A DNA stretch of 64,000 nucleotides from the human T2T-CHM13v2.0 reference genome, Homo sapiens: NCBI RefSeq assembly GCF_009914755.1, contig NC_060932.1; one strand, 5' to 3'. The position numbers were made by a program, and so were the translations under genes. Below are positions 16,639-29,267 of the stretch, piece after piece. The notes beneath the pieces are model-generated. The model made no database searches and had not been told where the DNA came from. It was given only the letters and a program-made list of their open reading frames with translations. Positions within the stretch are counted from its first letter, which is position 1. Each line of letters begins with the position of its first letter.

Positions 16639-17060
16639 TGGCAGGCCCTATAGCTCAAGCCCACTTCATACCTCTTAGTCCAATGTTACTCAGAGGTCTG
16701 GTTGCCAAATATGGGTCTAGTTGATTTTGTGGCAGGGTTAAGGATTAGAAGATATGGTTGTCATCATGGGAGTATGCTGTGCAGTTGCAGAGGGACTCAA
16801 AAGGGTCCTGTACTTGGCTTAATGCTCTGCTGTCACTGCCAAAAATTCTTAATATTTTTTTCTTTGAACTTCTGCTTTATAAGTGAAATCTAATGGGATA
16901 ACCAAACACACAGGTGAGAGAGAGACACATGTAATGTGAGTGTCCAATTCTGTTCTTTGCCACTCCATTTGCATATAACATTCATGACACCCCAGGAACA
17001 CAAAAATCTAGTGGACCCACAATCTGTGGGAGTTTAGTGAGACTCAAAGCAGGTACAAGG

Positions 17061-17448
17061 TGTTAAATTAAATTTGACCTAAAGCTGTATCTGTACATAG
17101 CAAACTCCAGTGTAACTTAGTAAGTAAACAAATTGTAACCTAACTTAAGGAGTGTATTCTTATAACAAATAACTAAGTCTTAGCCAATCACAGCAGCTAA
17201 ACTTCAGCCAATCACAGGCTGCCGGCTGATCAGACCATGTCCATATAACGCGATGCAGAGCTGTAAGCAATCGATCTACTGTTTCTGTACATCACTTTCT
17301 TTCTCTGTCTGTAGATACTGCCTGCCTGCACTGCTGGGTGGAGCTCTCTGAACCCCTCCTGGTTCAGACTGCTGCTCAATTCATGAATTGTTCTTTGCTT
17401 AAATAAACACTGCCAAATTTAATTTGTCTCCTTTTTTTTGTTTTAACA
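17061..17448 (+). mobile_element. MER57-family ERV1 solo LTR
   Basis: tgttaaattaaatttg...ttttaaca termini; tandem agccaatcac boxes; aataaa. Confidence 0.8.
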
Positions 17449-17812
17449 AAAGTAAGGGTGTTATGCCTATGCCTGAGTCAGCAGGGGCTGTCACAGGCTA
17501 AGAGCCCGTGCTTTTTGTCTGAATCAGAATTTGCTTTGAACATAGAAATAAAGCCAGAAACACAAATGATCAAGGAATCCTATCATCTGCTCTTACTCCT
17601 GTTCCTTTTCTGTATTAGCCAACCACTAACACTGAAAATGACATAGGAGAGGGAAAGATACTGCAACCAATAGTACCTTTTCCTTTACCCCTTCCTTCCT
17701 TGTCAGTAAGCTGAAAGTAGAATGTTAGTTCTCTGATTTGTATTAGGAAGTGAGCTGAAATTAGTTGAGTTAGTTTGGTGCAGCAGTTCCACTGTTCTGT
17801 TAAGAATGAACT

Positions 17813-18120
<308 letters not shown>

Positions 18121-18125
18121 CTACA

Positions 18126-18423
18126 GGCTGGGTTCAGTGGTTCACACCTACAATATCAGCACTTTGGGAGGCTGAAGTGGGAGGATCGCTTGAAGCCAGG
18201 AGTTCGAGACCAGCCTGGGGAACGAAGCAAGACCCTGATTGTACAAAACAAAACAAAACAAAACAAAACTGGCTCAGTGCAGTGGTGGGTGCCTGTAGTT
18301 CCAGCTGCTTAGTAGGCTGAGGCAGGAGGATCGTTTGAGCCCAGGAGTCTGAGACTGCAGTGAGACAAAATTGTGCCACTGCACTCCAGTCTGAGCAACA
18401 GAGTGAGACCTTGTCTCTTAAAA
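18126..18423 (+). mobile_element. AluJ
   Basis: J-type dimer; TSD aagaat(g/t)aactaca. Confidence 0.9.
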
Positions 18424-18584
18424 AGAATTAACTACATGTGCATGTACCAACTCTGAAATAGGAAGTGTGTAAGATGCTCTTATCTTTGCATTTAAACCTG
18501 GCATTGCACAATATAAAAATGAACAGAACAGTTCATTCTAATCATTTAAAAATTTACCTTTACTGAGAACAACAATAAATAGCA

Positions 18585-18735
18585 ATTTTTTGATCATATT
18601 ATTTGTTAAAAAATATTTGAGACAGGATCCTGCTATGTTGCCCAGGCTGGTCTTGAACTCCTGGGCTGAAGCGATCCTCCTGCCTTGGCCTCCCAAAGTG
18701 TTGGGATTACAGGCATTAGCCACCATGCTCAGCCT
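18585..18735 (-). mobile_element. FLAM_C-like monomer
   Basis: Single left monomer; TSD taaatagcaa. Confidence 0.85.
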
Positions 18736-18964
18736 AAATAGCAAATAAAATCACTATGATAAATCAAGAGAGAGACTTTTGGAGAAAGAAAAAAGCTTTA
18801 TATTTTAGTAACTTTAACTGCATTTTCCCCCTGCTTTTTGAACAAGGTTCCCCACCATTGGGCCCCACAAATTATGTAGCTTGTTCTGGATCTCATAGCT
18901 ATGGCTGAATAATTCAATCCAGCCTGTCAAATTCTGGGGCCATGTTTCAAAAATAATTTCTTAA

Positions 18965-19170
18965 GTATAAGAAGCCTCAACTTACTAACAGATTGTGTTC
19001 CAGCTTGTTTTATAAGTCAGCAGCTTGGATTTTGGCACGTGTTTTCTCATAGGAACACTGTTTTGAATAGTGGTCAGGTTTCCAAGCTAGCCCACAAAAG
19101 CATACTGAAGCTATAACACAGCTGATTGTCTACAGTCTATTTGCTGTTATAATAATGTAGCTGAAGACCA
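18965..19170 (+). mobile_element. Tigger-type DNA transposon fragment (Tigger13-like)
   Basis: caacttactaacagattgtgttcc...gctagcccacaaaagc. Confidence 0.5.
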
Positions 19171-19184
19171 TTTGTGTGGTTTGC

Positions 19185-19490
19185 CAAATACTGCACTGTG
19201 GGGTTGCACTTAACAGTTGGGTGGGGTCAGGGGAATTCTGGTTGGTTCTGGCCAAAGAGCTGTGAATAGTGGCAGGTGCCACTCTGGGCCAGGGCCAGAG
19301 CATTTAGTGGGTGTTGTGAGACCCTCCAGGGTGCTCTGTTCTCCTGCCACAGTCACTGGTAATCTTCTGGGAATGACACAGAGCAGAATCCTGGTGGACT
19401 GTGATAGGCATGTTGCATGAGCAGGAAATCCGCCATTGTGTTTTAAGCCACTGAAATTTGGAGTTGTTACCAGTGCAAAAGATACACAGT
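19185..19490 (+). mobile_element. Old MaLR LTR (MLT1K/L-like)
   Basis: ttctggccaaagagctgtga...ttttaagccactgaaatttggagttgttac. Confidence 0.65.
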
Positions 19491-19779
19491 CCAATTTTAG
19501 AAATAGTCCAATGTGAAAAGCTATAATGTCTTTGGATGAAACTGATAAAGGAATGGGAAGTATCTACCCTCTCCTCAGATGTTTAGACAGAAGGGATGCA
19601 GAGAGATGGGACAGTAGCTAGAGAGGGACAAAGGTCAAAGAGGAGTTTATTTGCTGATGCCTTTCTTATATTTTTAAGATAGGAGATGCGTAAGTGTGTT
19701 TATATGAGAGTCAAGAGAGACAGAGCTAGAGAAAGAGAGGTTAGGTACAATCAGTCTACATCTGCAGGAACCGAAGACT

Positions 19780-19950
19780 TAAGGGGGTTAACTAACTTGT
19801 GCAAATTCTTATGTCCTCACTTTACAGATGAAGGAACCAAGGCCTTAACAAGGTCAAGTCACTCATGCAAGTTTACATGGTTTATAACTGGTTGAACCAT
19901 GTCTTAAACCCATATTGGTCTGACCCCGAAGCCCACATTCCTGACTGCTA
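19780..19950 (-). mobile_element. MIR
   Basis: ctttacagatgaaggaaccaaggc...aagtcactc...ggtctgacccc. Confidence 0.65.
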
Positions 19951-21218
19951 GGCTGCCTCACCTCCTAGTTTTTGGGTGAGTTGAGTTAACACAGGAGCAG
20001 AGAGCTCGCGGCCCCACAGTTAGCCTGAGAGTCAGGGGCCTTGCTATTCCTGGTGAAAGTTCTGTCTACACAAGGCGCTGCTTCCTCATTAAAATTTATG
20101 CTGCCAATTCTAAGAATTTTATATAGAGTTTTCAGCCTTTTTCCTGTGAAAATTTTCCCTTAGGAAATCAGATGATATCGAACATCCTTCCACCATTGAA
20201 ACTGGGTCATTCTAAGGAAATGTAGAATCTCAGGAAAGATTCTAAGGAAATAGAAACTCAGAATTTTAACACTAATGATATCCCTGCCATGTAATAAAAG
20301 AAAAACAAAGAGAGCAAGACTCGGTGACTTGCTTGGGGTTCAAGAGTGTATTTAAGAACATTTCCAAGAGGTCAAACAAGCAAGAGGGAAACGCCAGCGA
20401 TGCTGGGAGGTACCCAAGTGTAGCCGCTGGGATAACATGGGTTATGGTTGCGGCCAGGAGGCCTCTGGAGTGTGACACCAAAATAAGGCTGCAGCCGGGA
20501 AGTTGTATCCTGGCTTCTCCCCCAAAGGATGGTGGTTTGCATCCCATTCCCGCCAACTGGCTGATGGCAGGTGATAGCCGAGTCACATGGAGGGGGCCCA
20601 GCCGTCCGGGGGTTACCACTTCCTCCTCGCCCACAACAAAGGCCCTCTGCCAAGTGGATGTGTCTATAAATGCCTCCACCTTCAGCTTTCGGGGAACCGT
20701 GGACTATGCCTTCTGAAATGACTCTTCAAAGCTGGAGGGAGCATTTCTTCCTCAGCACTCTGGCAGACAATGGGGAGGATAGGACAGTGACACTCACATG
20801 AAAGCACGAAGTTGGGATGAAGGAGATGAAGCAATTCAACAGTGGCAGATCTCGTGATAGTGGCAGCTTGGAAATAAAACAAGCCCCCGGTCACATGGTG
20901 TCTCGTACCGCCAGCTTCATGGTGTGACTGCTTTGCAAAGGGAAGTTGGCTCGGGCCACTGACAAAGAACATCTAACCCCAGCAAGGCATTGCAATGGGA
21001 GCCAGAGATGCAGCTTGATGGCTTGTTTGTGGCTTGGGGATCTACAGTGGCAGTATTTTGATGTGTCCTGTTTTCTGTCCAGGCAGGGAACAGGGAATAA
21101 GTGTGTTTTAATAAAGCTTGGCCTCTGTATACCTGTGACCTTGGCCTGGCTTGGCTTATCTGCTTATCCCATGTGCACCTCACTGAGTTATTTGTTTAGA
21201 CAGCATCTTGAATGACTG

Positions 21219-21529
21219 TTTTGTTTTGTTTTGTTTTGTTTTTTTGACAGGGTCTTACTTTGTCATCCAGGCTGGAGTGCAGTGGCATGATCTCACCTCA
21301 CCTCACTGCAGCCGTGACCTACCAGACTCAAGTGATCCTCCTGCCTCTGCCTACCAAGTAGCTGGGACTACAGGCACACACCACTGTGCCTGGTGAATTT
21401 TTGTCTTTTTTCAGAGATGTGGTTTTGCCATGTTGCCCAGGCTGGTCTCAAACTCCTGAAGTCAAGCAATCCACCTGCCTCAGCCTCCCAAATTGCTGAG
21501 ATTACAGGTGTGAGCCACCTCGCCTGGCC
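21219..21529 (-). mobile_element. AluJ
   Basis: Reverse dimer, (TTTTG)n tail; TSD tgaatgact. Confidence 0.93.
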
Positions 21530-22084
21530 TGAATGACTACATTTTAACTTAAATTTAGAATCTTAATTATTACCTAATATCTTCAAAAAGGTCACACAAT
21601 GATGTAGCATTGAAATTTCAGAAGATGGCTTGCACACACCAGGCAGTGGAACTGATGGCAGTAAAGATGGCCAAATCTCTCAGGACAGATCCCGGAATTT
21701 CCAAAATTCAGAAAGTTAGAGTAATGGACAGTTTGTCAAAAACTTCCTGTTGACTTTCAGGAGAAGTCATGTAATTTCCGTAATGTGAAATCCCACTAAA
21801 GAAAGAAGAAACTTCAAGGGGAACTAGAAAATGCAGGCAAACTTAGGATTCTTGTGCAGGCCTTGAACTCATATTTTGAAGTATTTTAGAGGTCAAGGGC
21901 ACAAGTCCTGGTTATGGAAAGCAGTGTGCCACCGAGGATGTTTTGCAAAGCTACTGATGATCCAGTATTATTCCCAAGGATCTCCAGATGCAGAATACAA
22001 AGCAGGCTAAGACTTAAATGTTGATTATGATACTAAAGAAGAAAGTGATGTATTAGTGTTTTGATAAATGTATGCTATTGACAG

Positions 22085-22410
22085 TTGAGTACAGAGGATT
22101 TTTAGAGCCATAAAACTACTCTGTATGATACAATAACGGTGGATGATACATGTCGTTATAAATTTGCCCAAACCCGTAGAAAGTACACCAACAAGAATGA
22201 ACCCTAATGTAAACTAGGTAATTATGATGTGTCAATGTAGGTTCATCAATTGTAACAACTGTAACACTCTGGGGCAGAGCGGGGAGTGTTAATAATGGGA
22301 AGGCTGTGTGTGTTTGGGGCAGGGAATAGATGGGAAATCTCTGTATCTTCCTCTTAATTTTGCTGTGAATCTAAAATGCTTTAAAACATAAAGCCTTTAA
22401 AAATGCATAA
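22085..22410 (+). mobile_element. L1MB/L1MC 3' end
   Basis: aaccctaatgtaaacta...tgtcaatgtaggttcatcaattgtaacaa...ttttgctgtgaatctaaa. Confidence 0.8.
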
Positions 22411-23187
22411 TTTAAACAAGGACAGGACTCAGGAGAGGTGAATGAGATACCTGGGGTGCAAAAGGAAGGAGATGCCCATTCTTGGGGTTGTGCCGGTACA
22501 AGGCTAAATGGTTGAGAAGTCCACCATGTGGTTTATAATCCACAGCATCTTAGAATTGAGGAAATACAGTGGGCACAGTTCCCCCAAGGGCTGGGGTTCT
22601 GAGCTCTGTATTGGGCCTTCCTGGCCTCACCATCTCCATGTGTTTTTTCAGCCTGAGCACCAGCTCCTCTGGGGAGGGGCTCCTGGAGAAGCTGGGTAGG
22701 GGCCCATCCTCTGCGCTCTCATCATGCCCTGTATGAGTCTTTCTGTGAGTCCTCATCTCAGTGGAATTGCTTTTAAAAATCTGTCTCTTGCCCAGACTGT
22801 GAAGTCCTTGGGAAGAAAAATTGTTGTGTTATACCTTTTGTAGTTGGCCCAACAGCAATGAATGGACAAGCTCTGATGTCCTGTAGAGATGGGAAAAAAC
22901 ATAGTCTTTTGCGGACTGAGCGATTAATTTTTCTCCTTTAATCATCAGTGCAGCCCTCTGGTGGGCTGATGAAATGTCTTCAGGAGCCAGAGAGCACTCC
23001 CAGTCCAAGCCTTACCCTTGTCTTCGGTTGAGGAATAACTTTATCATTTGGTTAAAGTGGAATATGCCCAAGAAAGAAAAAGTTTTGCTTTTTATGACTC
23101 ATGTCAACATTTTAAAAAACATCTTAAGGAAGTTTAGTCAAAGTGCTTAGGGAACTTTGGAAAAAAGATGCCACTATCTATGTCCTA

Positions 23188-23312
23188 GTGCATTGCATGA
23201 AGTCCCAGGTGCATTGTGTAAGGTCTCAGGTGCATTGTGTGAGGACACAGCTACATCGTGCGAGGCTGCAGGTGTGTGGCATGAAGCTGCAGGTGCATCA
23301 GTGTGGCTGTAG
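23188..23312 (+). repeat. Degenerate 21-bp minisatellite, six units
   Basis: gtgcattgcatgaagtcccag / gtgcattgtgtaaggtctcag / gtgcattgtgtgaggacacag / ctacatcgtgcgaggctgcag / gtgtgtggcatgaagctgcag / gtgcatcagtgtggctgtag. Confidence 0.85.
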
Positions 23313-25236
23313 GCTGTTTAAAATCCTTCTTGTTCCACACAACCTAAAATGCTCACTTTCTATAGAAGCAATACCTCCTAGTTTTGCTTAGATCCCTAGA
23401 CAAATAGTCTGCTTTCATAGGAGCAAAGGCATGGCTTATACCTGACTCTAGTTTCGAAAATGCAATGTTTAGAGCTAACAGCCTTCTCTATCTTGCTAGT
23501 ACTCCGTAGCCACAGAATTTCCTGTTCATTGTATCTGGGAATCATTTGGATCTGTTTGTACTGGCTTATTATGATTTAAGAAGACTTGAGTTTGTAGCAT
23601 TTAAAAAAGGAATTATATTTTATGTAATATGTACTTTTATTTTGGGTTCAGCAGAGCGGGGAGATGGGCAGGAAGGGGGAAGTGCTGATAGCTAAAGAGA
23701 TTTACAAGAGGATGAAGAAGGTCAATATCGTGCCTCATTTCCCCTTCCTAGTGATAACTGCTAATATATTTCTATGGAGCCTCTTTTAATGGTATGTATT
23801 TCAAACATTTTGTTATAAACATAACACTCGGATATTATAGAATTGAAGGAAAAACACTTTTAATGCCACCACTCAGATAACCAGTGTTGCTATTATGATG
23901 CCCTTTGTTTTTTTGCTATGCATATAAAGTCAAATACTAAATCTACATTACAGTGTAAGCATTTTCCTGAACAAAAAAACATGGCACACACTTTAATTGC
24001 ACAAGACAGAAACAATAGCACACAGAGCACACACATAAGCCCTATATCTCAATCTCACTTATAGACCTTGATGAAAAATATCAAACAAAATATTGACAAT
24101 AGAATCCAGCAATATGGTTTAAGAAATGTATCATGACCAGTTGAAATTCATTTCAGGAATGTAGAGATTAGAACATGTTTGGAAATCTATTAATATAATC
24201 AACCTTATATAAAAACCCTGTATGATTATCTTGATACTGAAAAGTCATATGAAAATTTCTGTGATTTAAAAAAATCTCGAACTAATAGTCAGCATTATGT
24301 TTAATTAAACATAGTCACATTAAAGTCTAAAAAGATGAGTGTCATCATTATTTTCTTGTTCTAAAAATCCTAGTCAACACAACGAGCAAGATAATTAAAC
24401 AAGATGTCTAAACACTGACAAGAAAGAGGCCAAATTATCTTCACTTGAAGATAATATGATTGCTTACAAAGAGAATCCTAAAAAATTTTAGACATAATAT
24501 AGTTCAATAGACTGTACAAAATAAATATATAAGTATATGAAAATATGTAGAACAAATATTTAAAAATCATATATTTAATATATATTTAAAATAATACATA
24601 AAAACTTAGAGTTTCTTATATATCAGCAAAACCACTTAAAAGTAAAATGAAAAATATATTCCATTCACATCAGCAGCAATAAAATAAAACACCTAGGAAT
24701 ACATGTAACCAAAGTCAAAAGCAAAACAAAGTCAAATCAAATCTTTATGAACCAGTTCTGAGAGAAGTAAGACTAGAATGAACTGAGAGACAAATCTTGT
24801 TACTGGATGGGAAGATGCAATGTCAGAAAGAGGCACATTCTCCAACAGATCTCTAAATCCTATGTAATCTCAAAAGGAATCCCTAAGGGATTCCAAGTGA
24901 ATTCTAAAACTCAGCATGAGAATAGCCAGGACCATTATGGAAAAGGCAAGTAAAATGGAGGTACTCCTCCCAGTAAATATTATTATTATTATTATTTTTT
25001 GTTCTAAGCCTGCCATTGTAGTGAATGACTACCACATATTAACACAAAGCTATACTAAGTGTGTATGATACTGATACAGGAAAAGACAGGTCAATCGAGC
25101 AAGTTAGTTCAGAAAGATCCAAGTGAGTGAGTGTGTGAGTATGCATGTATATGTGTGGGTACATTTGCATATAAATATATATATCAGAATTTAGTATCTG
25201 ATAGAGGGGGCATTTCAAATATTTGGAGTAATTGTC

Positions 25237-25531
25237 TTTTTTTGTTTGTTTGTTTTTGAAACAGGGTCTCTCTCCGTGCTGGAGTTCAGTGGTATAAGCT
25301 TGGCTCACTGTAGCCTCAACCTCCTGGGCTCAAGTGATCCTCCCACCTCTGCCTCCCAAGTAGCTGGGACTACAGGCGCACACCACCATGCCTGGCTGAT
25401 TTTTGCCTTTTTTGTAGATGCAGGGTTTTGCCATGTTGCCCAGGCTGGTCTCAAACTCCTGAGCTCAAGCCATCTGCCTGCCTCGGCCTCCCAAAGTGCT
25501 GGGATTACAGGCGTGAGCCACGCGCCCAACC
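25237..25531 (-). mobile_element. AluJ
   Basis: Reverse dimer with J motifs. Confidence 0.92.
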
Positions 25532-25781
25532 AGAGCAACTGTTTATTAATAGGAAAACCATAAAGCTGGATCCTTATCTCATATTTTTATACCAAAATAA
25601 ATGGAAGATAATAAAAAATTCAAATATGAAAAATGAAACCATAAAATGCTAAAATATAGGTGATTATTTTTAGCCTTAAAGTGCGTAAGTCATGATACCA
25701 AAAAGCAACTATAAAATATTTTATAGATTCACATAAGTAACATTTTCTAAAAGTCCTTTTGCATATTAAGAGTAATGAACA

Positions 25782-26124
<343 letters not shown>

Positions 26125-26584
26125 CTAAAAAAATGTTAACCATACATGTGACATTGGGTTAATATCTCTATAATACAAAAGAAATTTACAAATTAATTTG
26201 ACAAGGACAAGTTATTTAATTAAAAAGTGATCAAAAGATATAAAGAGGCAGTTCATAGAAGAAAAAACAAATGAGAAATAAGTATATGAAAATATAGTCA
26301 TTCTCACTCATAATGAAAGGAATACAGATTAAAACCATGTAGTCCACGATTTGCTGCCAGGTTGGTGGTGATGGTAGGTTCAGTTATCAGGTATGGTCAG
26401 TGTGGAGAGCAGTGGGCTCAAAGAAACTGTTGCTGGGGGTGTAATTGGTTCAGACTTTCTGGAGGGCAGCTTGCCAGCATGTGTTACCATGGAAATAGGT
26501 GTATTCATTGACTTAGAGAGTCCTGTCATCTGACTGCATCCTAAGGAGATAATTGGCCAAGCGTGCAAATTCTGAGTTACTGTT

Positions 26585-27110
26585 AACATTTTGCCATATA
26601 CGAATTTTAAGTTGGTGGTGGTTAAATTAATTGATCATTTTCTTTGTGGTTTCTTTTATGCTTATGTAGTTCTTCCCTTTTCTATTTTTATTTTTATTTT
26701 TTTACATTTTGACAATTACCTGGAAGGGTTTTGATTGTAAAGTGACATGGTATTTTAAATTAGTATTTTTCCAAGTTTTCATTTCCTCACAACCTTTTGT
26801 TAAATAATTCATCACTTCACTGTTGATCTGAAGTGTACCCTTTATCGTGTGTCAAGTTCTTTGTATAAGATACATTTCTAGATTCTTAATTCTGCTCTGT
26901 TAATGTGTCTGCCTATGACTTGCTTATACTTGCAGTTTTAATTTAATAAATATTAAAAGGAAGAAGTACCAGTCACTAATCAATACTATTTTCCCCCTAC
27001 ATTTCTTGTTTATTCTTCCAAATTTGTGAGATTTCACTAAAAATATCCCATTCGAATTTTAAATGAAATTAATGAAGCCATAAATTAATTTGGGAAGATT
27101 GACACATTGG
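26585..27110 (-). mobile_element. L1ME-type fragment, antisense
   Basis: T-rich; ataaattaatttgggaagattgaca resembles the L1 ORF2 reverse complement. Confidence 0.6.
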
Positions 27111-27554
27111 TTTCTAATTTGCAGGAAACCTATGGGTTCTTGGTCATATCATTTTGCTCATTAATCCAACCAGGCCATAGGGCATGGAGCTGGAAATTGA
27201 CCTCAATGGGAAGGTGGCCACGAGACCCATGACAGGCCCTCACTAGCCTGGCTTATGTAAGGAAGGGGCCAGCAATCATGGGAAAGGCAGGGGCACTCCC
27301 TGTGAGAATTTACAAACTAGTGGCATTATGGGCCACAGACTTATTAAGTTTTACTCCAGGATGGATTTGCCCAAGGGGAAGCAAGGTGTGTTTTGACACA
27401 GATCCCTTGGTCTGGGTGAAGGGGTGTGGAAGAGCAGGCTGGAACTGTCATTGCCCTATTCCAACTCCCTGCCCTCAATAGGGACAAACTGCCTTGGTAA
27501 GAGCTCCAGGGGCCTCTCTGAGATCCCACCAGGGTTTGGTGGAGAAGCAGAAGG

Positions 27555-28660
27555 CAGCAGGCCTCTGAATAAGGCAGACCTAGGTTTGATTTGTGATGGC
27601 TGTGTGATCTTGGGCACATTTCTTAACTTCTCTGACCTTCATCTGACACATGGATAATGGTACTTCCCTGATAAGATTGTTGTTTGTAACCCCATCAAAA
27701 AGTGGGCAAAGGATATGAACAGACACTTCTCAAAAGAAGACATTTATGCAGCCAAAAAACACAGAAAAAATGCTCATCATCACTGGCCATCAGAGAAATG
27801 CAAATCAAAACCACAATGAGATACCATCTCACACCAGTTAGAATGGCAATCATTAAAAAGTCAGGAAACAACAGGTGCTGGAGAGGATGTGGAGAAATAG
27901 GAACACTTTTACACTGTTGGTGGGACTGTAAACTAGTTCAACCATTGTGGAAGTCAGTGTGGTGATTCCTCAGGGATCTAGAACTAGAAATACCATTTGA
28001 CCCAGCCATCCCATTACTGAGTATATACCCAAAGGATTATAAATCATGCTGCTATAAAGACACATGCACACGTATGTTTATAGCGGCACTATTCACAATA
28101 GCAAAGACTTGGAACTAACCTAAATGTCCAACAATGATAGACTGGATTAAGAAAATGTGGCACATATACACCATGGAATACTATGCAGCCATAAAAAATG
28201 ATGAGTTCATGTCCTTTGTAGGGACATGGATGAAACTGGAAACCATCATTCTCAGCAAACTGTCGCAAGGACAGAAAAACCAAACACCGCATGTTCTCAC
28301 TCATAGGTGGGAATTGAACAATGAGAACACATGGACACAGGAAGGGGAACATCACACACCGGGGACTGTTGTGGGGTGGGGGGAGGGGGGAGGCATAGCA
28401 TTAGGAGATATACCTAATGCTAAATGTCCAGTTAATGGGTGCAGCACACCAACATGGCACATGTATACATATGTAACTAACCTGCACATTGTGCACATGT
28501 ACCCTAGAACTTAAAGTATAATAATAATAAAATTAAAAAAAAGCACCCTAAAAAAAAAAGATTGTCGTTTGTGTTAAATGAGATAATAACACAAAATATC
28601 GGTGTAGGTCTGGCACATGGTCATACTTAACAAGTGGTAGCTATTAGCAATACTAATAAG
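27555..28660 (+). mobile_element. MIR split by the L1PA insertion
   Basis: gctgtgtgatcttgggcac...ctgataagattgttgt | gttaaatgagataat...tggcacatgg. Confidence 0.7.
27688..28557 (+). mobile_element. L1PA3/L1PA4, 5'-truncated (ORF2 C-terminus and 3'UTR)
   Basis: Translates to ORF2p [45 protein letters not shown] (CCHC region) with frameshift/stop; G-rich 3'UTR; poly-A; 15-bp TSD aagattgt(t/c)gtttgt. Confidence 0.96.
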
Positions 28661-29267
28661 ATTAATGTTTTTTGGTGGTGGTGGGGATTGAACAGGTAAT
28701 GGATACAAAGAGTTATATGCCTGAAACATATGACCTATTGTTATTGTTGTCACTATATTATTATTATTACTATTATTGAGGTTGTTATTATTGGTGTAGC
28801 ATCCAGGCATTCCACACAGGACCCTAAACCACTTGGGTACAAAGGCACTCATTGTGAACTGTGGTGGCAGGGGCCTCAGGCCTGTGCCCCACCTGCCTGT
28901 GTGGTGTTGCCCACAGGAATGCTGGCGGACTTGGCTCATGTGCCTGCGCTCCTGGCCATAATGATGTGGGATCCCCCACAGCTCAGCGCCAACCACAGCC
29001 TCTTCTCGGTTTACAAATCCCCTTCCCACCAAAAAAGAAGGGCTGGGGAAGCAGCCCTTGACAGGGAGATCACAGGCTCAAGTTTCCAGTGCCCACCCAG
29101 CCTTTCTGAACTGTGGTGCCTTAAGCAAATCAGGTTACCTCTCAATGTATCCTTTTGCTCATCCATACAGTCGGGTCAACATAACTAATATTCGCTCCCT
29201 CCCAGTGCTGTATGAGGACAGAAGGAGAGATGTGCAGACAGCATCTGATGCACAGTAGACCCCCAAC

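Noticed and set aside
20209-20263. About 30-bp direct duplication attctaaggaaat..aga..ctcag
   Set aside because: Ordinary slippage-type tandem duplication with no further structure
21600-21890. Protein-like short frames (EISEDGLHTPG..., KLQGELENAGKLRILVQALNSYF)
   Set aside because: Interrupted by stops and frame changes with no recognisable homolog; the motif-cluster reading is better supported
23188-23312. Possible CRISPR-like array
   Set aside because: Contiguous tandem units with no unique spacers, in primate DNA with no cas genes
27702-28514. ORFs with real protein similarity
   Set aside because: They are L1 ORF2p C-terminal fragments of a truncated, frameshifted L1PA, not a host gene
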